Origin: Paraphysomonas bandaiensis
Taxonomy: Eukaryota; Protista; Chrysophyceae
Direction of reading: 5' to 3'
Assembly (NCBI GenBank): GCA_965644295.1
Contig: CBFFRP010000042.1
Span: 1-64,000, forward strand
DNA length: 64,000 bases
A model generated the notes under the pieces. The model was not told the origin of the DNA and ran no database searches. It saw only the letters and a list, made by a program, of their open reading frames with translations. Position numbers and translations under genes: made by a program. Of this stretch, positions 39,801 to 47,958 are shown in pieces (within the stretch, counting starts at the first letter, position 1; every line of letters begins with the position of its first letter).

Positions 39801-41652
39801 GCGAAGCATGCGTCTGATGCGCTATCCTGTAGCTCAAGAGAGGAAATTTCGTCTTTACAAAGAGAAATGAAAGATTGTGGGTTTTCGTCTAGCAATACTT
39901 CTTTGGCAGATGTCCCGAACGTTGGTGACGACCTTAATTGTGTCAATAATCTTAGCCCAGGACTTGAATGCAGTGAAAGCAAGTTGCATGAGGACGATAG
40001 TAAGTATGAATACTATACATGTAGTTTTTAAAAACGAATATACGTGAATATATAGATGCGCCTATTGCTGCCCCAATCAATATGCCAACGGTTAGTTTGA
40101 GATTCAATACCAGACATAGTCACTTAATTCTTATAGGTACCTCAGCCAGACAGTAGTCTTTCTGACTATGACGTCTCTCCAACGTTTATCATGAACAGAT
40201 CGTTCCCTAAACGTCATCGCATTGATGCATGCGCTACAGCGTGTAGCATGTCGAGTAGATTTTGTATGAGTAACATATTTCATAATGTACGATGTCGTGT
40301 TTGTAGCAATTTCGTTGATCGTATCTTGCAGACATCTAAAAATACATGCTTTTCCACTCACCGGTCAACATCCACGTGTAAGGTAGATCTAGTTGCCTCA
40401 ACCAAAATGTCCATGAGATTTATTACAGGTGCAAGTGCTCAATAACAGCTGCCAATGGTCGATGGGATGTCGTTCAGAAGTTTCGGCAAGCACAGCAATG
40501 ATTGAGGCAATCGAAAAGTCACAACACCTGGTTTATATTGAGAACGAGGTAGTGCAGAAATACTTTCTGCTGGTATTGGCCTTATTAGTAGCGAACAGAT
40601 ATTTTTTGGGGAAATAAATTCTGCGGAGCATGACGATACGCACTCGCGTATAGTAGCATCGCTTCTCCGTAGACTAGTTCGGGCCGCTAAAGATCGTGAG
40701 CACTTCAGGTGGACCAACACTTGCGTATCAGTTTTATATGATGCCTTTTTATTTCAGAGTCATTGTTCTACTTCCTCTTTTTCCAGGGGGTAATTTTACA
40801 AGAGATGAAGTAGCGCTTAAAAATCTTCTTAAATCGTACTGGACAATATGCAGGTGAGTAGTAACTATTCATTGTCAGTTTCGAATGTGATGGTGGTTGC
40901 AGAGGAGGACATTCCCTTTTGGAGTCGCTGCACGCAATGTGCCCAGCAGTAAATCCTACAGATTACATTTGTTTCTATTGCCTTAAGTCCTGGGGAGTGT
41001 TGAATGGAAATGTCGTGACAGAGCAAGTGCGGTTGGGCAGTGGACTGATGATTGTGGACGACAGAGTGATGTTCCTAGGTAGTTTTGGTGTGCGTGACTT
41101 AAATCTGGCCGACAACGTCGACACTGAGGTACGAATTTCATTCATTTACAGAAACCTAATCATTGTATAACACTGTAGCTATGCGTGCGTATAGAAGACA
41201 CAAACACTGTAGGTGTGCAGCTCGGCGGGGCGATACGGACAGTGGGGGCGCTCCCTCATTCGGTTAGGGTTAGTCTCATGGCTTCTCATTCTGGCGGAAT
41301 TTCTATTGGACTCGCTTCAGGTGACGCTCGTATTATACCTGTGTCATATAATATATACTCAATATATATTACAGATGTATTTTCCGACATGGCGTTTCAT
41401 AGCAGGAATTCAGACGACCCTTTTACAGTACAGTGGCACAATGTCGCTCTTCACAATACAGAAATGTACGATTATATTGAAGGCGATGCATCTGTCTATA
41501 AGTGTAGAAACTTGTTCGATTTTTGCGCTGCACTGGAAAAGTATGAGCCGGTACAGTTCCATAACTCGGAGCGTAGTCAAGATTGTCTTGCCTCTGTCCG
41601 TGGAAACGTATTGTTGTGGCCATTTGAATTTCTTTTCGATGATACTTGTTAA
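36884..41652 (+). CDS. PX-PH phospholipase D homologue with both HKD motifs degenerate and an internal PDZ-like insert, multi-exon
   Basis: PX (WKIKKRFKEVFALH), PH (WKWRWVVAHDTFISY), PRQPWHD, IEKSQHLVYIENE, YICFYCLKSWG. Motif 1 reads AHCEKLVVVD and motif 2 reads RLGSGLMIVDD. Confidence 0.8.
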
Positions 41653-42312
41653 TCACACGGACCTAGCGATAAAACATTTATCGAAGGGCTGAAATTATAA
41701 ATAAATTGCTCTCAACGCTTTTGACATTGGTCATCAGATGTCTATATCATGTTCTAGTGAAACAATATATTGTGTGCTCTGTTGTACTCTCTATCATAGA
41801 TGCTGAGATTCCCAGTTCGTTATGTAAAGGCTATTGCATGTTGCGTGCACTTATATTTTAATTGCTACTTTAAATTTTTAGTTAAGTAGTTATAGGTTAA
41901 AATTTACTTAGAAGTTCGACTAAGGAATCGTACAGGCCAATTTGGTTTAAAATATTGGATCTAATTGTAGTATTAGGGTTAGGAGATATTATTACAGGTG
42001 CTTTATTTCTAGTATTCGGTCTTCGTATATGACGTGCTGTGTGCTTGTTTTGGTTTATTCAATATAGTTATACACAGGATTTTACTTTTCTCATGTGTGT
42101 GTTGAAAGTCTTATTATTGACCTCCATATGTATTGAAAGTATTATTATTAGCAATGATAGGTGCTAAGAATCAGCACCAGCTTAATAGGTAGATGAAAGC
42201 TAGTCAAGCTAGATAGATGTCTATCGGTAACTAAATAGTAAATAGTACAAACGTACAAACTCTACGGAAGGTGCTTCTGCGTTGCCGCAAAGCACTAAAG
42301 TGCAACCCCCTC

Positions 42313-42606
42313 TATTAAAAATTGCTCATTTTAAGCTAGATCACAGAGAGAATTTGTCGTAAGACTAGATAGATTTATTAATATCGTTTACACGAAGTTG
42401 TGATAACCAACACTAACTCATTTTAATCCATGCATAATATCCTACATATATGCGAACCTTCTCGTTACTGAACATATCTTGAAAGATCAAACTATTTCAG
42501 TTTCTCAATATCATCACAGCATTTGTACATCACTATATTTCACTGTATTCTCGTACATTGTCTTCAAGTGACATACTGAATATAGAATAAGATTCATATT
42601 CTAATA
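42313..42606 (-). mobile_element. Solo LTR of a relative of the 11.2-16.6 kb copia element (TA...TA termini)
   Basis: Reverse complement aligns end to end with the 293-bp LTR (e.g. CTTGAAGACAATGTACGAGAATACAGTGAA and TGTAAACGATATTAATAAATCTATCTAGTCT). Perfect 5-bp TSD CCCTC at 42308-42312 and 42607-42611. Confidence 0.9.
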
Positions 42607-42735
42607 CCCTCCACTCTTTCACTCAAAGCAAGCAAGCAGAATGTTGAAGTACCTGACATGTGCTGACATTAGGATTTTTGAGGCCTTAAGGTGAACAGCC
42701 GGAATGCTTGACTTCAGCCTTCAGCAGACAGCCCA

Positions 42736-42833
42736 TATTGAAAGTCTTTTTATTTATTAGCAATAGGCGTTAGAAACTCGTGTCAATATAGTGGCTAGTT
42801 AAATACTAGGCATACTAGTTAGGCCTCTACCCT
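42736..42833 (-). mobile_element. 98-bp 5'-truncated insertion of a sibling 3' end
   Basis: Matches 47502-47593. Flanked by a 13-bp duplication AGCAG(A/G)CAGCCCA (42723-42735, 42834-42846). Confidence 0.8.
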
Positions 42834-43930
42834 AGCAGGCAGCCCAATACCCCGGATGCCCTTGAAGTGAGCCCATTTCCGGATGCCTGTTTATTCGTCA
42901 GGGCCCAAAGATGTCTACACAAGTGACACTTATGTAAGTGTCCTTTGTACCACACAAGCATTAGAGGCTATGAGTGGGCAGAATATCTGCTGTCTATGTT
43001 TGCGGCTCACGTTAGTTTCCCAGAGAGAATCTCTCTGTGGTAGTTCCCCCCAGAACACCCAAAGGAGGTGCGAGTTCGACTTTGTTGAGGATGTTAACAC
43101 TCATGAAGTATACTATCTATTTGTATAAGCATATATTTAAGGCGTCCTGGAAAATATAATAATAAGCCTATAACAGTCGAACAGCGTTTTTTTGTTCCAT
43201 TGATTGTGTGCTAAAATAAAAAGTCTTCTATGCCATATCTACATCTAATTTCAGGGTGTTGAGGTTTTAGTTTTTATAAGCAATCAAAAGCTATGCTTTA
43301 AGATATTTTGGAATTATGACAGTTAGTTTATATGGTTTACGAAAAGCTGTAATACATAAGTCAACGGTATGTTATAAATTATGTATTATATGTTAGATTG
43401 TGTCTATCTAAACAATGATAACATTGCTTGGTAGTTGAGAAAATAAAAAAGCAACCTCTCTGATAAGTCTTATACCATGTAAAATAATGCGTTCCAACTT
43501 CTACTGAGAAGACCTGCACCTTCTCGTGGTGTTCTGGGGGGTAACTACCAGAGAGATTTCTCCCGGAAACTAACGTAAGCTGCATATATAAGTCAATAGA
43601 TAATGACTCATACATGTCATTCACTCCACTCCTCAAGTAACGTGCGGCACTGGAACGCCAGAAACACTGCCCAAAGGTAGACCCCCGGACTAACTCCAAT
43701 ACAAGGGATGGTTACACCAAGTGTCAAGTGCGCTTGCAGTAATGCACAAGCAGTCCTGAGACGGTTGAAGAATTTATTAAATAGCGACTCATACTATTAA
43801 GTCCATGGCTACATTACAAATTTGAGCGATATAGCGGAGGTAGTTGCACCTTGGTGCTTGCGGCGACGCACAAGCAGCCTCCGTAGCGTTAAACAGTAGG
43901 ATAATAGAGTTTGTACTAGTAGTTAGTTAA

Positions 43931-45538
43931 TGGAAGAACGGTACAACAAAAATACTGCGATTAGAGACACCCTTCAGCGACGTGCCTGGACTTGGCCCGT
44001 ATGCATACGAGCTCATGGGAGCAGCAATGGCGCTTATACTGTCTGCGCGACTCCCATCACACATACCGATAAATACGGACTGTAAGGCCGTCTGCATACG
44101 CACACACGAAGCACTCTCCGCCAGACGTCGGGCACTGGGGCATCGTGCCAAAGGTGTACTGCTCGAAAGCATTGCAGCAAATAACGATCGCACAAGGACA
44201 GTAGCCTGGGTCCGATCACACCCCGAACGACGCACCTCTGATGAGTCTGAATGGACATATGAAGACAAAGGAATTTACATTGCCGACGCAGTAGCAGGAG
44301 GGGACTGGCTTGAGGTAGATCGACTACTCGGACGACAAAATTACACTGTCTGTAACATGGAAGTGGACCAAGCCATCGAGAGAATACTCACCGAGGGTTT
44401 ATGGCACTGGCGCCTAACTGGGGAACGACGGCCGTATCGCACTAGCCCCCTGCTCACGGATTTCCACTCTCTCCGTAATCAACGGACGCTGGAGGCCTAC
44501 ACAGCTCTCCGAGACCAACGCTACGGTCACAATCCCGACCGGGCTCCTGGATACTGGAAAGACAGCGGAGCACTACTTCCGCGCAAACTGGCGCAAGCAG
44601 ATGGTGGACCATCAAAGGACAAAGTGAGCTCCCACCTGCGCCAAAGAGTACTCAATGCAGCACTGACATGGGACAAATCCTTCAGCATAGGAAGAAACCG
44701 GGCGAAAACCAAACACGGACTCGACATGGCTAAAGCCGTATGCTCTGACTGCGGATTTAGACTAGACTCACTCAAGCATATGTGTCTAGACTGCACAAAC
44801 GACACCATAACGCAGATAAGGAAGTCTGCATTTCACAGCCACAAAAACGCGCTCCTAGAAGAAATGAGAAATCCGGAACTACCCCAATGGACCACCACTG
44901 TCCTCCAGCGACTCTCCAGCAGGGCCTGGAACCCTTCCGTGCCACAGGTGGAGAGATTCTGGACGGGTACCATCACAATGACACAGCTTGAAATGGTTTT
45001 TGGAGATCACATCCATGAATCACTGACGTCCCAAGGACTGCGCAGCATCGAATCAGCGATCATCAAATTACTGCTACCGCTTTTCGCTGCAGCAAAGCTC
45101 ATGATCCAAGATCGCGGAAGAAGATACGTGACCCTACGGAAAGGCCCCCCAAGGCTACTACCGCGGCCGAGTCCAAAACACAGACAGAAACGGAAACGCC
45201 CAAGGGTGCTAAGATTACTAGGAATCCACAGACGAACCGAGACTGGAACACCGCCCACCGCATCTATGAACCCTACCAACCATACACAAAGGACCATAGC
45301 ACCGGACCGTATGAAACCAACAGGCCCTAGACAAAGGCGACGACGTCTCCGGCAACTCCTCCTCTGCCCAACGCCCAAACGGTACATGGCGACACCGCCA
45401 CATTCCACCACACCATCAACCTCTCAGTCCACACATCTAGTGCTCGGTACACTCAGGACCTTAATACAGAACCCGGTACCTCAGAGCCAGGCGGAACCGT
45501 ATCCCAAGGGGAGACCCCCGGACAACACGAGCCAGTGA
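43931..45538 (+). CDS. C-terminal part of retrotransposon ORF: RNase H (E, D, H, D residues), zinc knuckle and basic Pro/Arg-rich tail; no start codon
   Basis: YELMGAAMAL, INTDCK, WVRSHPERR, GIYIADAVA, CSDCGFRLDSLKHMCLDC and terminal PKGRPPD. The first catalytic Asp (IFTDGSY) is seen only in the 22.7 kb copy. Confidence 0.8.
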   Translation, partial: WKNGTTKILRLETPFSDVPGLGPYAYELMGAAMALILSARLPSHIPINTDCKAVCIRTHEALSARRRALGHRAKGVLLESIAANNDRTRTVAWVRSHPERRTSDESEWTYEDKGIYIADAVAGGDWLEVDRLLGRQNYTVCNMEVDQAIERILTEGLWHWRLTGERRPYRTSPLLTDFHSLRNQRTLEAYTALRDQRYGHNPDRAPGYWKDSGALLPRKLAQADGGPSKDKVSSHLRQRVLNAALTWDKSFSIGRNRAKTKHGLDMAKAVCSDCGFRLDSLKHMCLDCTNDTITQIRKSAFHSHKNALLEEMRNPELPQWTTTVLQRLSSRAWNPSVPQVERFWTGTITMTQLEMVFGDHIHESLTSQGLRSIESAIIKLLLPLFAAAKLMIQDRGRRYVTLRKGPPRLLPRPSPKHRQKRKRPRVLRLLGIHRRTETGTPPTASMNPTNHTQRTIAPDRMKPTGPRQRRRRLRQLLLCPTPKRYMATPPHSTTPSTSQSTHLVLGTLRTLIQNPVPQSQAEPYPKGRPPDNTSQ

Positions 45539-45687
45539 GTCCTCAGACACACGAGCAGGGCGAACTCACACACAACATCAAGAACGGAAGTGGTTGCACC
45601 TTGGTGCTTGCGGCGACGCACAAGCAGCTTCTGTAGCGTTAAATAGTAGGATAATAGAATTTGTGCTGATTAGTTATGGGTAGAGGC

Positions 45688-47500
45688 AGGAATTCTCTGC
45701 CCTACGATGGCAAATACAGTCCAACATAAAGTTTCACTCTATTAACCAGCTCCAAGCCCAATGTCTCTATTGAGACTGTGGCTGAGTCACATCAGTGTGC
45801 CCAGGGCCTTTTACACTCCCTTACTGCTGCATTTTGTTGACCACCACGCTTCCGACAAATTACCTGTCACACCATGTTGTACACGCTCCAAGCCCCCCTG
45901 CCTGGCCTTGCAACCTTCACCCTACTCAACTACTTCAGTTAAACCACGTGCCTGCACCAATGCAGCGCTGACCGCACCTACGTGCTATCCCCTCAGCAGA
46001 CAACTTCGTCTCACCCATCGCTTTCTACGGCTACAACCTCTCAGAACATGGCTCGTGCGAGCAGGCTCACGAAAACGACCCCCATGGACCCCCTATGCAA
46101 TCACTGAATACTCTCTCGATCCCTCTCAACTGTGCAACAGGGCTGCCTTCTGCCGCCCACTCAACCCAACCCAACATGGTTTGTCTGTGGTCCATCCACC
46201 CAGCAGGCTACCCCCTCACCCTGTTCACCTATCACCCCCACAGCCCATCCATCTCATTGGATAGACACTGTATTCCGCATACGGTATACTCGACTACTGT
46301 ACTACTGTGTCCTACAGGATGTATACCATTCCGTGTATACCTCTACTGCTGTTGGACACATCACCATGTCCATGTACCTGTCTACCTGTACTGTTGGACA
46401 CATCACCATGTCCATGTACCTGTCTACCTGTACTGTTGGACACATCACCATGTCCATGTACCTGTCTACCTGTACTGTTGGACACATCACCATGTCCATG
46501 TACCTGTCTACCGGTACTGTTGGACACATCACCAGCTCTCTCTCACTGTCCAACACACTCATAACACCACTGCAGTGTCATACACACACACAGTACACTC
46601 TACCTCCTCCTAGAAAACCCCCAGACAAACTATCGCCTCTCCCTTACTGGGCGTACTGGTCCACCCACTATTCCTCCTTCCTTCCACAAACTCAATTCCT
46701 TCCATCTTATGATGTGTTTTGCTCCAACGATCACTTCTTCCTGGACACCAAATACCCGGTGGAGTTGGAACTACACGCGCTACTCGAGAGAATTCCTGAC
46801 CTCGTCATCATGCGTCTCCAAAATGTGTTGCAATGTCATTCCAAGGGAATGCAAGGAGTCCACCGTGCCAGGTCCATCAACCATCCCTCCCACGCCCTTC
46901 AGGGGAAGGAATTCTCCTCCGATAACAGCGGTGACGGACCCAGCAAATCCACCCACACATTACCCTTACCCACTAAGGATGCCACCACACCGTATGCAAC
47001 GTTATTTGACTATTTCCCAGTCAAACGGAAGCCCAGACCTCCACAACGCCGACGGCTTCGACAACTCTATCTACACCCGCGGCCCCACAGGAGCACAGTA
47101 ACACATACTGCAAACCCAACTCCTCCTCCCAACAATCCCCACCACTCCCAACCCACACATCTGGAACTAGGTGCACTCAGGACCCTAATTCAGAATGCTG
47201 AGCCCCCTACAAAACCAATGGAGACACATCCCAAAGGGAGACCCCCAGATCAAAAGCGCCGGTGAGTCCACGGACACACGATAAAGGCGAATTTCATATC
47301 ACACAAAAAGAACGGAAGTGGTTGCACCTTGGTGCTTGCGGCGACGCACAAGCAGCTTTCGTAGCGTTAAATAGTAGGATAAAAGAGTTTGTATTGATTA
47401 GTTACGGGTAGTGGTCTAACTAGTATGACTAGCATTCTTCTAGCCACTAATTGATGCAAGGTCTCAACGCCTATTGCTAAATAATCAGACATTCACTACT
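45688..47500 (+). mobile_element. Non-autonomous (internally deleted) 1.8-kb derivative of the non-LTR family
   Basis: 11-bp TSD TGGGTAGAGGC (45677-45687, 47501-47511), 5' end homologous to 59855 onward, ORF C-terminus ..RRRLRQLYL..PKGRPPD, core 47312-47362 and tail ending CATTCACTACT. Confidence 0.85.
46349..46534. repeat. 42-bp minisatellite, ~4.4 copies
   Basis: Unit CTGTTGGACACATCACCATGTCCATGTACCTGTCTACCTGTA, near-perfect, no spacers. Confidence 0.95.
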
Positions 47501-47958
47501 TGGGTAGAGGCTTACTAGTAGACTAGTATTCAACTAGCCGCTATATCGGAACGAGTTTTTAACGCCTATTGCTAAATAAAAAGACATTCAATATAGACGT
47601 CTATCCAGCTTGATTAGTTTTCTTCTAGCTACTAAACTGGTGCTGATTCTAAACGCCTATTGCTAATAATAAGACTTTCAATAACAGTTAAATTGTTTTG
47701 CTACATTAGTTCTGACTCATACACCCCTATTGCTAATAATAAGACATTTACTACTACCTTGAGAAGCATATATTCACAAGTCTCTATTGGAGAATGACTT
47801 ATCGATTATCCAACAAAAATGGCTGCGATCATGATTTTTCTACGAATGCTACGACGCTCCATAGAAGTAGTACATGTTACGCAAAGAACTATTTGGTCAT
47901 TATTAATGATGTAACTGACAATATCACATGGACTGAATAATACAGGCAGTGATGCAAA

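Larger units (their letters stand above)
42131..43095 (-). mobile_element. Non-LTR family copy containing a solo LTR and a nested 98-bp sibling 3' end
   Basis: Tail ...TTGCTAATAATAATACTTTCAATA ending at 42131, core split by the solo LTR, and upstream homology to the 35.6-35.9 kb copy. Confidence 0.75.
43929..47593 (+). mobile_element. 5'-truncated non-LTR retrotransposon (RNase H + CCHC) interrupted in its 3' UTR by 45688-47500
   Basis: Open frame to 45538, core 45584-45634, 3' UTR resumes after the TSD at 47512 and ends AAGACATTCAATA at 47593. AATGG microhomology at the 5' junction and no TSD. Confidence 0.85.
43490..47683 (+). mobile_element. Outer non-LTR family copy hosting two nested siblings; 5' limit approximate
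   Basis: Decayed ORF end PETLPKGRPPD* (~43657-43693) and core 43834-43884. Its 3' UTR resumes at 47594 and ends ...AAGACTTTCAATA at 47683. Confidence 0.7.

Noticed and set aside
45530-45568. Hammerhead-like CCAGTGA-GTCC...GGGC-GAAC at the ORF stop
   Set aside because: The core differs from CUGANGA/GAAA, and stem II is not kept in the 21.1 kb and 47.3 kb copies.
46349-46534. Possible CRISPR array
   Set aside because: Units are contiguous and near-identical with no unique spacers, there are no cas genes, and the context is eukaryotic.
45761-46613. Overlapping His/Cys/Pro-rich ORFs
   Set aside because: Produced by the stop-poor, C-rich element body and the 42-bp repeat, with no recognisable domains.
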